64,000 bases of DNA, taken from Balanoglossus misakiensis. Lineage: Eukaryota > Animalia > Hemichordata. Location: NCBI GenBank assembly GCA_040954595.2, contig CM082578.2:7053519-7117518 (forward strand), read 5' to 3'. The notes below the pieces were generated by a model that worked only from the letters and a program-made list of their open reading frames with translations, did not search any database and was not told the DNA's origin. Positions within the stretch are counted from its first letter, which is position 1, and each line of letters starts with the position of its first letter. This document shows, piece by piece, positions 12,143-25,400 of this stretch. The translations under genes and the position numbers were made by a program.

Positions 12143-14639
12143 ATGGCTACGTCGTCGACGAGTGCAAGCAGACCGATGATGTCGGACACGCACACCCAGG
12201 ACCCGACTTTCAGTGGGAAATCACACTCCATTGTCGACGATTTCATGTATGGTAGCAATGTTGCATCGTCACACGTCAACATAAGATTAGGTGAGAGCTT
12301 TGTTTCCTGTTGCAATTCATGGGTCGACAAAATCACATACACATTCGTTTCGTTTTGATCGTGTAGTAAAATTGCTGTGTTTTTAAACTGTAAAAGTGAA
12401 ACTGAAACCGCCTTAATAGATTTATGACATCCAATCGCCAATTGGAGATCAGTTTCAACTAAAGTACAAATTATTGATTCGTACCGAAATTGGGGCAACA
12501 TCAAAAATTCGATGTCTGATACTTCATTTCTTCGAGGTACAATATGTACTACAGTAGTGACCTTTTGGGGTCACCCCCCCCCCCCCCCATTCTGGAGGAA
12601 TTAAGATTTTTTTTATCGGACATACAATTCAATTGTTGTCATTGCTTCAGCCTCAGGAACATTTTAATCCAAATCTATGATAGTAGGAACTCAAAATACA
12701 TGTGTATTTGTCTACATGTAATGATCATGTAAGAAAAAGATGTACAGATACCACATTTTATGCATATTTTTGTCTCTCCAGGTTTCCTACGCAAGGTATA
12801 CAGCATACTGTCAGTTCAGTTGTTGATAACAACTTTGACTGGGGCACTGTTCATGTATGTGGAACCCATCAAAACATTTGTGCAGGGGAGGTAAGTCATG
12901 CCCTCTCATCCTTCATTTTAATTAAATTAAGACAAAAAACAACAAATGAAACAGCTAGATGTTTTGAAACCACATTTGTTTTTAAAAATTGAAGGGAGAC
13001 TACAAAACGTGATGTGTCTCTATGCTCCTAGTCCCATTTAGGTTGTGACATGATTAAGAAGTTGATCTTTGATAAGACCACTGACTTCATCCTTTGACTT
13101 CTTTTCAGCTCTGTGATGATCATGCTGGCCTTCATTCTGTCACTTGTCACCGTGATTGCGTTGGTGTTCAAACGACACGAGTACCCGACAAACATGATTC
13201 TGCTGGCTACCTTTGTAAGTATGAACTCTCGGCCTTCATCACTCTCCAAATGGCAGAATGGCCAAGACAGTTGTGTTCTGTTTACAGAATACTAGTACTA
13301 CCCTGTAGTTACTGGTAGTACATGTATCTACTTTTAACCCTTTCACCACTATGGTTCAGTCCAAACCAATTGTTTTCAATGGTAACGTTGGACCTCTAAA
13401 GTGGGAGAACTGGGGGTGAAAGGGTTAAAGGGAAGTGCAGCAAGGCTTTTTACATATGTGCGAGCTTTGGGTTCAGTTATTCAGGAAAAACTGTTTTTTT
13501 TAATAATGACAAAAATGGTGGCATATTAAAATAGCAATATTGTCCCTTTTTTGCTAGTATGTTAATGGAAGTAGACTACTGTTATTTGACTTGTTCATGT
13601 GATAAAATCATGTGTGGAACTTTATTGTATTTATACCAACAGACATTTGTGGAGGCTTATACCATTGGTACTGTGGTGACATTTTATGATCAAATGGTTG
13701 TACTGGAAGCCTTTGCTTTGACGGTGTCTGTTGCAGTCTGTCTTACCATTTACACATTACAAAGTAAAAGAGATTTCAGCTCCTGGGGTGCTGGGTAAGT
13801 ATATGGTTTGATATTAATGTGTACACAGTAGCTATGGGTGTCAGTAGTTTTGTTTTTTTGACAACATTCAGTTTCTGTAGGACAGTGTAATTTACTAAAA
13901 TACTGTCTTTGAGTTGTAGACAGTTTATTACAGAGATTGGTAATGCTAAACAGCACGTCTGTGTAATGAAGTTAAATATACCCACTGAAATATGACATCA
14001 AGCAACAATCCTTTGTCCTGATTATTCATAGTTGCGTCAGCTTGTGTGTGTGTGTGTGTCAGATGGATGATTTCTGATATTGCTTACCCCGTTGTAAAAT
14101 ATTAACATCAGTATTGCACAAGTGTGCACATTTGTTTTATAAGCTGCAGTACAAAGCTTGTGTACAAGTACACTGGTAGAAAAGATGTCTGCTGACTAAA
14201 GAATAGTGGATCACCCTACCCTGTCAGTTTGTGCCTTAACCCTTTCACTACAATGGTTCAGTCCAAACCCATTGTTTTCTATGGTAAGGATGGACCTCTA
14301 AAGAGGGAACTGGGGGTGAAAGGGTTAACCTACACATATGAGAGATGATATTTCTGAGAAACGTCGTTTATTTTCTCTTTCAGTTTGTTTTCCATGCTGT
14401 GGATTATGATCATGGCCGGGTTCCTGCGCATCTTCTTCCAAAGCGACACCATGGAATTGGTGATTGCTGTGGCCGGTGCAGCCCTCTTCTGTGGATTCAT
14501 CATTTACGACACTCACATGCTGATGCACAAGCTGTCCCCAGAGGAGTACATCATTGCCACCATCAATCTCTACCTGGACTTGATCAATCTCTTCATGTAC
14601 ATTCTCCGAATTCTCAGCGAACTCAACAAGAAAAGTTAA
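12143..14639 (+). CDS. TMBIM4: Transmembrane BAX inhibitor motif protein 4 / protein lifeguard 4 (GAAP), ~256 aa, 5 coding exons
   Basis: Exons 12143-12290, 12782-12890, 13109-13214, 13643-13794, 14384-14639; 771 nt in frame. Motifs [91 protein letters not shown]; several TM helices. Confidence 0.95.
13338..13424 (+). mobile_element. piggyBac-like MITE (~87 bp) in TMBIM4 intron 3
   Basis: TTAA|CCCTTTCACC ... GGTGAAAGGG|TTAA; related copies at 14240, 36958 and 7736. Confidence 0.8.
14043..14059. repeat. (TG)n microsatellite
   Basis: tgtgtgtgtgtgtgtgt seen directly. Confidence 0.8.
14240..14324 (+). mobile_element. piggyBac-like MITE (~85 bp) in TMBIM4 intron 4
   Basis: TTAA|CCCTTTCAC ... 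GTGAAAGGG|TTAA; near-identical to the 13338 copy. Confidence 0.8.
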
Positions 14640-16301
14640 ATAAGATATCAGCAACTCGGACGACAAGTAAAGACAAGAACTCAACAAGAGAAATTTAAAA
14701 AGATAACAAACTCAGACAACGACTTGGTAGGGGGAGGGTTTTGATTTCAATAATATGTATTCAGCATGGTCTGGTGAAATTTTGTAAACAGTCAATATGA
14801 TTGGGACAAACAAGTGTGGTTGGGGTTTGAGAAAATCCATTGAATTAAAAAAGTTCAACATCATTAGAGTTTCACTGGCAAAGTTACACCATTACACAAC
14901 ACAGTTCTGAGTAGGTGGCTGGATTACGGTTGGTCTTAGCATATATTGGACTGAGCAACTCGAGATTTTTATATTTTCTTGAAGTGTCTTTAAATGTCTT
15001 GGTAAATGCAGTATGACTGCAATCTAGATGACAATATGTCTGAGAGTGGTACAAGAACACTATTATTATTATGACAGGGGCTATTAAAGTTTTCCAGTTT
15101 TTCCCTTGGGCAGAAACTGAATTATTCCAATCAGTAACAACACACTTCCAGTTTTGTTCCTTCCATGATTAACCAAATCTTTATAATTATTTATTTAAAA
15201 AAAATTAATTTGGCTTAGGTGGCATAGGGATATATAGTGCACCAGTCAGTCTACACAAGACATATATTTAACAACTCTGCAGAAGAGAGGGCCAGGCTTC
15301 AAAAGCTATAAACAAATATGCAGCTGCAAATTCTCCAAGAAAAAGATAATGCATACATTTCCAAAATTCACCTTTCATATTCCCACTCAATATCTTTGCA
15401 TGTTACTGTAGAGAGTGCTGATTTGATAATGCATATCAGAAAGTGTCACACAGTTAATTTCACATGTGAAAACATGTTTTCAGTTTAATAGTGAAGTATT
15501 GTAATTACTACAGGCAAATATCCAACTCATAGCTTATCAAATCTTTCAAATGATATCCGAAGCAATACATAAGTATTTAAGCCACAACAGATCATGCTTG
15601 CATGCACGAGAAAGGGATATACAATGTATTTTGTAAATATCAAATTTGGATCTCACTGAAATGGGGCTTTTTTCTTATTTTTAGCTTTCATGCCTTGTAC
15701 ATAGTTACTGTCAAAAAAATAAAGGTTATTTTTAAGGTGGAAGTACAACTCAAATAATGGTGGTGTCATATTTTGAATTATTTTACCGACATGTTTTAAT
15801 AACACACTGGTAGGCCTTGTAAACTGGAATGTGGAAAATGGTCAGTTATTCCTCCTATGGTCAATGCCACATGCATGTACTCGACTTGTGAATGATCATC
15901 CCAGGAGCAGCTACCTGCATGCCATACAATTCTGCTTATCTTGCAGAAGCCACATAGAAGAAAGTTGGACAAGAATATAACAGTAGAGAACAGAATATTT
16001 ATTGACCTGAATGCCAAACTCTCATAGTATCAAAATAAAACAGATTTTTGAAGTTTATTAAAAAGTAAAAAAATACAGTGAATGCAAGTGCCATAATTAA
16101 TATTATAAACACTTTTCCTCTTCTCTAGCGCTGAAATTTTTGTTTTCTGCCAAGTTCAGTACAAGCACAGACATGATCAAACCCCTGTCTAATCCCAGGT
16201 GAATCAAAACTTGAACCTCTTTCACCCCTCGCCTCCCCTTGTGATTTTATAAGTTACATGTGGAATTATTTATGATGCAATAATTCACTTGGTGTGGTGT
16301 T

Positions 16302-19300
16302 TTAGCTGACCCCTCCTGTACTGTTGTGTTTGGTATCTCCCTGTATGCATCCATCTACTGCACTTTGCTCTGTTCTCTCTGTCTGCTCATTTTCATTTTT
16401 GTCAGATTCGCTACAATCACTGCAATCGCTATCACTATCGCTCTCATCATCATCATCACTTGAGTCACTGGAGGAGCTGCTACTATCAGCCGTGTCATCT
16501 GCCTTGCCATCCGCGCTATCGGTGTCATCATGTAACGCAAGCCCAGCGACCTGTTCAACCAACCCGGTGTCATCCATCTCCCCATTTCCATCATCCTGCA
16601 ACGCCAGCCTGGCGATCTGTTCAACCAATCCATCATTACTACTTTCAACAGCGCCCTCTGCAGTCAGCACACAAGGATAACCATACTGATGAATGGCCGT
16701 ATCTTCTCCATTCCCAGCAGGGTCATCGTCATCCTCTTGAACGAGCCTCGCTGCGTGTTCTAGCTCCACCAGGTCGAGTTCAACATCACTCTTGCTAATG
16801 TTTACCTGAAGTGAATCAGATGCAAGAACAGTCTGCTTTAGATACAATTTATAAAATGAGACGCTTTCTGGAAACTGGAACTTAAGGAATGGACAATTTA
16901 CTTGGGCATGGTTTGTTGCTTAACTTGAACCTGGGGTTCTGATTTTCCTGGGTCAAACATAGATTTCATGAGTGATAATGGAAAGAAATCACAGGCTTGA
17001 GATGAGAATCCTTGAAGATGACACACCCAGATAAAAGTCAACTACTCAAGAAGAGCACTGTTTCCTACCTTGGTCAGTGACTTTGCCAGTGATGAGATCA
17101 TCGACTTCTTAGTGGATTGTATCCACACACAGTAATCTGTCAGGTATAAATCATTCAATATGTACTTGGTATCGTCCGTGGACAGAAGCTGGCGTACTTC
17201 TAGAAGACACTTGAGCAGTCTCCGCCGACCTGTCATGCAAGAAACAGTTACCATAGTTAGGGGCAGGAGTTCATCTAATAGGCTGCAGGATCACAAGAAA
17301 TGTACAATATAGTAACCAAACTCAAAAGTTGCATGCAAAGTGACATGTTCACACCACTTAGGATGGTTCAAATGCCACAAGACATTCACAATTCAAGAAC
17401 TTTCCAGGGGAGGATTTTTTATATTTCTAGTACTTTCAAGACGTCTTATGAAAACCCTGGCTTATGTCAACCAAAAACATGACAGTTCACAAGACTGGCA
17501 GTTTAATGAAATACAGCACAGACATGGATAACGATTTCATGGTAAACCCACCGAGACTGAAGATTTGCTGTACATCCTCATACACCCTCTCTACGAGTTT
17601 CCAATGTCTGTGGAGTGGGTAGCACAGCGCCCTCCTGTGGCAGGCGATGACTACATCGTGCAGCGAGGAAAATGTGTCCAGCCACGACAGAGTAGAACTC
17701 AGTTTGCAGATCGTCCAGGCTGACTCAACCTGTCAACAAGCATAACACTGAATTGTACATCATCTGAGGGAATAAATATCAAGCATAACATACAAATTAT
17801 GACCTAATATCCATAGCTAATAGATTTTGGAACACACTAATGTTATTGTATGTAATTCTTGCACACAATAGTGCAATACTTGACTGTTTTTTTTTCACAT
17901 AAATCAACCTACAAAGGAATTTTTTTTCCTCCATAAATTTTTAAATATCTCCATGCATACACTTACTGAATTTTCTCCTTCTGTCACTCGGTGATTGTAT
18001 GCATATGCAAATATTATATCAACCAATCCAAAGAAGACAACAGTCTGAATCGGTTTGTCCAATAAATATTCCTTGTTTGGCAATTTTCTCAGCTTTTCCT
18101 TCTCCTCTTCCGTGAATTTGACTGAAAATGACAAAAAGTGGGGCCGATGAGCGAAAAAGATGATGAAGCTTCCTTTGATCAATTAAACAAAGTTAATTTA
18201 AAGCATTAGTAATAGGCCAGTTTGTTCACTGTATATCCTTGTGCGGGCTTTGTCATTACGCTTCTTTCATTCTATACCAGCAGCAGCAGCCAATTGTTGC
18301 CATATCAATAGTCAAAAGGGGTACATATCTCAATTTCAGAGCAATTTTGACAAATGAAAGCATCTTTATAAGCTATGTTATGATGAAGTGGTGGCTTGCA
18401 TGGCAGATACATGTATTCTGTTATTTTCACAAGAAACCCTTCCTTACCTATATCTTGATTGGCAGACAGGATACCACCCTTCTCACTGTGTTGACTCTGT
18501 TGAGAAGTGAATTTCTGATACTCTCCACTCCAAGGTGGTTGATAGTCTAAAAGTGGTTGAATCATTTCATCTTGATACAAATCAGCTCTGTGAGTGAAAA
18601 AGTTAACATCTGTGATTAGCTAGAGAACATACGTTTGGGAATCAAGTAAGAAACTGTAGTTCATTACATGTAGAATTGATGGTCTTTATTGTTCCTGTAG
18701 GACACTGCAAAACTCTTTTTGCCAATGTAAGTGTAATAGAAATAAAGAAGTTTTAGTTTTTGTTCACACTAGAATATCAGTTTTATTTTGCTAGCACAAA
18801 TGATGTAGTCGGTAGTAAATAAGTAATAGCCATACTATGTACATTGTGCAATACTCACAAATAGTGGTCATCATCAAATTTCTCAATTTCTGCCTCCATC
18901 CTTAGTTTCCTGCGATTACTTGGATTCGTACTGTCGGGGTCTGGTATATCTACAACACCTAAAAACTCCTCCTGTTGAAGAGAGCAGTTTAGTTTGTTTT
19001 AAATCCTTGAGATGTTTTCATAGAATGTTCAGAAATATTCTGTGAATCTATTAGTAGCATTGTTAGGGAACTCAGGTCAAAAGATTTAAAGTTACTTACC
19101 CTGAGTTCTTGGAATACACCACTTCTCTGATTAGCAAACCCATATTTGGCAGTGGATTGTAGCAAAACGTCCGACAGGTCTTGGACTGGATGCTGCTGAA
19201 TCTGCCAATCAAATTCTTCCTCTTCTTCAAGTGTGTGATTTTTCTCCTCTGCTGGTATGTCTCCTGCTCTGTCATTGGTCACTTCTTCACCTGCCATGCA

Positions 19301-20616
19301 CAGCAAGAATTATGACTTTGCAAGTATAACTCATCTCCCAGAATACAATATCTCTGCATGTGTATGAAATTTTCACTTGCAATCAATGATCTTATATGAC
19401 GTCATGCTAAATACTGAATTAGAACATTGCTAAATGAATTGTAATGTTTTACTCAAATTGGTCTTTTTCTGCAGACAGGAATTAGACACAACTCACAAAC
19501 ATATAATCTTTATAGTTCTTTACACTCACCAACAACTTCAATGAGTGGCATTGCTGCAGACACCTGACCTTTTGGAGCCAGCAACTTGGTCAGCATGTCC
19601 AAGCCTTCAAATTGCTCGCCAGGATTTTCTTTGGGAAATTTCAGCACAAAGTACCCTGCTTGGTGTAGGGAATGAACAGTGGATTATCGCACATGTCAGT
19701 TGACGGGTCAAGTATATATAACTGTGTTCCGTCGGTATAATCATCATTGTTGCAGTGGACACAACGGACTCTTGAAAATAGTTTTTAAGGTTGTTATATG
19801 GGCTAGCTGCTAAGATGAGCATGTGTTTCTCAGTCAGTCAGTCAGTCTGTCTGTCTGTATCTCAGTCAGCCAAAAGTGAGTTACAGGTAGTTATGGGTGA
19901 AAGACGTTCTTTTCAGCAGAAACCTAGCCTGACATAACTTTACTGTGACTCTCACACATGTAAAACACTGTACATGAGAAACATACACATGTTTATGAAA
20001 GTCTTCATCATTACACCCATAACAGGTGTTCCTTAGCCAATAGACATCATTACCTGTGTCAGTATCATACTTGGCTGATTCCCTTCCATCTTCCACGATT
20101 CTGCCTGGCAGTGTGAGTCTGGAATATTACATATCGGTTGTTTATATTTGATGGCAAAAGGCTAGTACCTGCTCAATGCATATTTTTTTTATTATTTGGG
20201 TAAAACTGTCCAGACAATCAGAATCTACCAGTGAAACTGATGGCTGATAACAGACATCTCAGTAGATCTTGTTGTTTCATTTGTTTTGGCTTGTAGATGT
20301 TGCTGCCTAGACGATTTTTAGAACTAACATGGTATATTTCAGATAAAATTTACAAACCTAATTTAGTAAGTAAGCATGCATGTATAGTGTTGTGTACTGT
20401 TGTCAAATTCCTTGCTAATTAAATTCTCAGTATTATGTTGTGTGCTTGCTATGTACATGTGTAGTATACTGACCTCAAGTAATATGGAGAAGAATAGAAT
20501 TTGAATTCATCCCCGTCAACATATATTTCAGTGTCTGCTACCTTAGCAAACTTGGCTTTGATGATAACAGACAGGTACACTTCATCTTGAGATAGTTCAA
20601 AGGCTGGGGTAAGCAT
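16302..20616 (-). CDS. SHQ1: Protein SHQ1 homolog (H/ACA RNP assembly chaperone), ~591 aa, 10 coding exons
   Basis: Exons (minus) 20616-20474, 20118-20054, 19655-19530, 19290-19100, 18971-18859, 18587-18448, 18121-17967, 17729-17552, 17229-17069, 16805-16302; 1776 nt in frame. N-terminal CS domain MLTPAFELSQDE...[110 protein letters not shown], acidic Ser/Asp tail. Confidence 0.95.
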
Positions 20617-20634
20617 AACTGAATATCTGGAAAC

Positions 20635-20636
<2 letters not shown>

Positions 20637-20686
<50 letters not shown>
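20637..20686. repeat. (ATC)n trinucleotide microsatellite next to the SHQ1 first-coding-exon acceptor
   Basis: About 16 tandem ATC units starting ~8 nt from the AG acceptor at 20627-20628 (minus strand). Confidence 0.92.
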
Positions 20687-21014
20687 GATCATGAACCTGT
20701 CAGTTATTAAGTTTCACTGTAACATGAAAGTACTAAAGCACAATCGTAGTACGGTACTCGAAATTACGAGCAAGCGGTAAAATAAGCTTTTTTGGTGTAT
20801 AGTACTGTAATAATATTACATGTAGTTGTGTTTGCACCTTCACACTAAAAGGCTTCTGATGGTCACGTTTGATCTCACCATGGTCTCACACGTGTATGAA
20901 TCATTGAATGGTCTACATCCACGTGTTGAGTAGCTGTCTCGACAATGGAGTGGTGTGATATCCACTGTGTCAACATAACATATTAAAAATTAAAACAATG
21001 AAGCCCTTTGTTAC

Positions 21015-21612
21015 CTTTCACAGCGAAGTGTCTTTCGCCACGTGTGTTATGACGTAATGCAATAAACAGCAAATGGAGTGTTTGTGTTGGCAGGTAGGAA
21101 TCGTCGCTTCTAACCTTTAACCCAGATTCTTTCGCCACTGGCGGCGCTCTGTTCACCATATTTGGAAAATAGCAGTCAGCCGATGACAAAACGGACCAAT
21201 CAGGTACCTTTGTCCTTTGACACGCCTCCATGATGAACTGGTCATAATATTTACCTCAGCCAGGCAGCTCATGAACTTGTCGCGATTTAGTGGTATTTTA
21301 ACGCGAAATGCAGCTGAAACGAGCTGAAATATCGAGGAAAAACCGAGCATTTGTTCAGCGAGAACCACTTCTTTATTATATCCAACCACCGATACCACGT
21401 ATTTGGAGCTAAACTCATAAATAGGTCACCAACTGTGATCGTCCTAGATCGTCCTTGCGTTCATGTGCAGTTCAACAAGTTCTGGGACACGTCAACTGTA
21501 TGTACCCTTGATGAACGATTTCTGTCGCCTTTATCTCAGAAACGTTAGCAGTTAGGATAAAGAATGTATATTTCTCGTCTCAAAACAATATTCAGGTTCG
21601 GAAACGTCTCAG
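21015..21612. promoter_or_regulatory. Probable bidirectional promoter and 5' non-coding exons of SHQ1 (-) and PNPLA8 (+)
   Basis: CpG-enriched interval; minus-strand donor GAAAG|gtaac at 21015/21014; plus-strand donor CAG|gtaagg at 21612/21613; CRE-like TGACGTAA (~21050) and CCAATCA (~21196). Confidence 0.55.
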
Positions 21613-22424
21613 GTAAGGAGTCCTTTAAATCGTTCGATGTTGTGAATGATGACGACGATGTGGTGACGTAATGTCACTTTTGTTGTTATTATTGTTTGTT
21701 GGGTGGGGAGAGACGATGATGTCATCTTGTTTCTCGTCTTACCAATAAAGGTGACGAGTGATGACGTTATAAGAAATAGCAGAGGTGCAGTGGAAATCTT
21801 TCGTAGATGTGTGGGACTTCGTGAGCATATCTTTATTTCAAAAATTCTCATTCAGTTGTTTATACCATGGAGGTACTGAGAGATGTTTATACATAAAACA
21901 TGACATTATGCAGAGACACTGGTGAGTTAGCTGCAATAATTGTAGCGGCCGGTGCTGCTTGGTTGACTGGTGTGCAGCAGTTATGCTGCACACCAGTCAA
22001 TAATTACTGGATTAGGGTTGATCCCAGACACATTTATTAATGAGCTGGAGCAACATATCTTATAGACCAAAACAGCAAGGTGCCCCCCCCCCCCAGCCCC
22101 TAGGTTACCCATCTCAGGTATTTGGGTGGGCAGTACCAATGTCTGAGTTCTAAATTGTGTACATGTACACATGAACAGATCAGTGCAGGCAATCTTGCAT
22201 GTCACAGCGGACGTGTTGGGTTATGCTAAGCCCCAAGTCCATGTTTAACACACTGCTGGTAGTGTTACTAATACAGGTGTGGTCAAAAGAAAACTCTACA
22301 AATACATATGTGGACTTGTGTATCTTGGTGAATTAACCTTAAATCTTGTGTATTCCCAACAGAATGAAACTATTAAGGTGACAGGCCCCATCGTCAAGTC
22401 AAGTACAAGGTCACAACACACAGA

Positions 22425-25400
22425 ATGGCCACATACAGTTCCATCATGCAGAGCAGTCGCTGTCCCTGTCGAGGGACCCAGACTTTGCTCCAGAGACCTG
22501 TGAATGGTAGAGTTCAAGTAAAGATAGTGATGCAGGGAAGGCAATGCAGTTACTTGAGGAATACGGAGAAAACACAACCGTCCACAGGCAACCTCAGTGG
22601 ATCCAAGGTGAGGACAATGAAAACTGCGCCAGGAAATTTCTCGAGAGACGGCCAGAGAATCAAGAGCAGCTCCACGCGTGCACTCCTGCAGCTGAGACCT
22701 AACCCTGCAGGTGTCAGTTCCTGTCAGGCGCAGTCCTTCTCAAAGAAATTTATCACGGATGGGCCCGGAAGTGATAATGAGACTGGGGAAGGTAAAATGA
22801 CAAGTGTTGTGCAGGGCAGGTGGGGTCACATAGCATCCGTGGTGAGCCAGACCAACAGTGATATCATTCAGAAGTTTACCCAGGCCAAGCAGAAGATCCC
22901 GACAATGCCAAGACTCAGACTACCTGCTCTGCCTAGATTTTTCCTGGCGCAGCACCCTGTCAAGGCTCAGAGACAAACACAGGAGACGGACACTTCAAAA
23001 GTGGACCCTGAGAGCATTGTGAAGTCAGCGAAGCCTATGAGAAAATTTGAGAGGGAGGAGCTGAATGTGAACAGAGAACAATATAACCTGGAAGAGGCTA
23101 TGTTGCACACATTTGATTTTGAAGAACCGCTGGTATTCAAAGTAAATAAGAACTCGCAGTCTAAGAATGCGGTGCAGCAAAGGGTCATCAGTTTTGGCAA
23201 GAAAATGGACGAAATGAGCAAGAAGTCCGGCACACAATCCTTGGAAGATAGCCTGTATGTTTACAGGACACTGTCTAAATTTGCCAGCAACCTCCCGGCT
23301 GTGAATTACAGGTTGATGGCAATAGCAGTGAAGGATGCGATGAAAAGTCTCAGACGTTCAACTGTAGAGGGCAGTGATGCACCACTCAGAGAACAGCATG
23401 ATCTGGGAGCGGCGCTGGAGCACATGTATTCCACTACTGCCATGCCAGCGGACAAGCTGAATGCACTACACGCTGTCGCTAACAGTGAAGATGTGAAAGT
23501 GACGAAGGACAAGCCGGAAACCCTTAGGGCAAAGAATATTGTTAAAGGACTCCTCAGCAAGGCCATTATGAACAGCAACAAGGAGAAGGACTTGAAGAAA
23601 CCAAAGAGCAACAAACCTTCCAGGGTCATCTCACAGGCCAGTATAGACAATCGAACCAAGGCTTTGGTGGAGACCCTCAAACATGCCAAGACTATCCAAT
23701 CGAAGTTAACAAGGGTTGAGGATTTGACTGAACATGTGATGACCTATCCGGATGCCAGATTTCTAGCCCGAAAGGTAACATTGCACCATGATTTGTTAAC
23801 AAATGAATGTGACTGATGAAAGTACCTGTGTGTGGAAACATGGGGTATAATGCAAGTTTTCTAAATGTAGTTTATTTCACAAGACTTGTATCATGTTCTA
23901 CTTCTAATCCAGAGGGGAAAGACTGCCAGTAAATTTTTACTGTACTCCCAACATACAAATTGTAATGAACTTACTTTCTAATTCCAACTGCATTGTACCA
24001 ACAGGAAGGTGCTTTGTCTCCACTGCTGAAATTCCTAAACAGCAAAGACAAGCTTTTGCTTGATGAAGTCAGAAAAGCTCTGGCATTGCTGGGTCATGCA
24101 ACACCAGTCAAAGGTCGTGGTGTGAAGATCCTTACCATAGATGGAGGGGGTGCCAGGTAAATATATCTACATGTACAATCACAGTCATCAAGTGTTGACT
24201 AAAACTGTTATACTCTACTACCTTATAAATATGAATTACAACTATGTGCCCCTCCAAAAATCTGCAACTTTAGTTTTTACAGTTTGTTTGAAAAAAGGGG
24301 GCAACGTAGATAGAGTGTACATGAAAATTCATGGGCTAATGGCTCAGAAGATTAATTCCTTAATTTCTTGAAGGAAATGCGAAGATCAAACTTGCAGTGG
24401 TTTTAGTAACCTGAATAAGCTGAGTTCATTCCATGCATGTAAACTACTGTAAAACACTTTATTTTCGCGAAATACGCGAGAGCCAAAATAGCGTGAAAAT
24501 AAAAAGTCGCGTAAATTTTTTTTAAGATAACGATTCAGTGAATGAAAAAAGAGAACGTGAAAATTAATACTCGCGAAACAGTGGCCTCTCTCGATATCGC
24601 GAAAAATTTAAACTCACAAAAATAAAGTGTTTTACAGTACTTACGATTCACGATGGATGAGGATTCTAGACTTTCATGTTAAATTCAACTTTCATTTGGA
24701 CAGAGGTATTGTTGCCATTGAAGCCTTACGAATCCTGGAGAAGGAGTGCGGCAGACCGATTCATGAGATTTTCGACTACATCTGTGGCGTCAGTTCCGGA
24801 TCTGTGCTGGGTTTCTTGCTGGCCATACCCAAAGTCTCCCTGGATGATTGTGAGGGACTCTTCTACACACTCACTAGGGATATCTTCAAGAGAAGTACCC
24901 TGGTGGGTACTGGCCAACTGGTGTGGAACCATGCATTCTATAACACTGAAGCATGGACCAATGTGCTGAGGTAAGCAAAATTTTGCGCATTTTCTATCTA
25001 CTCAGTTCTAAGGTAACAAAAATTATGTGTGCTATTATAGCTATTATCATACCAGTGAAACTAAAAAGTAAAACCATTGAGACAAATAAAACAATTATAA
25101 TATAAATTAAATTTATTTATAGTAAACCAAAAGGACTGAAGAAATTGTTCAGTTTGCAGAGGTGTCCATTTTACAAAAGGTTGTTCTATGTGAAAGGGAA
25201 GGAAAATGTGTTAGGTATATATACAGGTTCCAGATTAGACAGGGTTTGGTTCAGACAGGTTTTATTGTATGCACATTATGTTTATTTCCATGTTTGTTTT
25301 GTTTTTTGGGGGACATTTTGCAACCAAGTAGACCTTGGGCAATATTTTATGACTGTATTGATCCCATCATCAGCTGTTCAAAAACCATTGTTTAGTACTC

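Noticed and set aside
11851-12504. 217 aa minus-strand ORF
   Set aside because: Antisense to TMBIM4 exon 1 and its promoter; no recognisable domain; probably a chance ORF.
16324-16798. Plus-strand Ser-rich and His-rich ORFs
   Set aside because: Antisense shadows of the acidic last exon of SHQ1.
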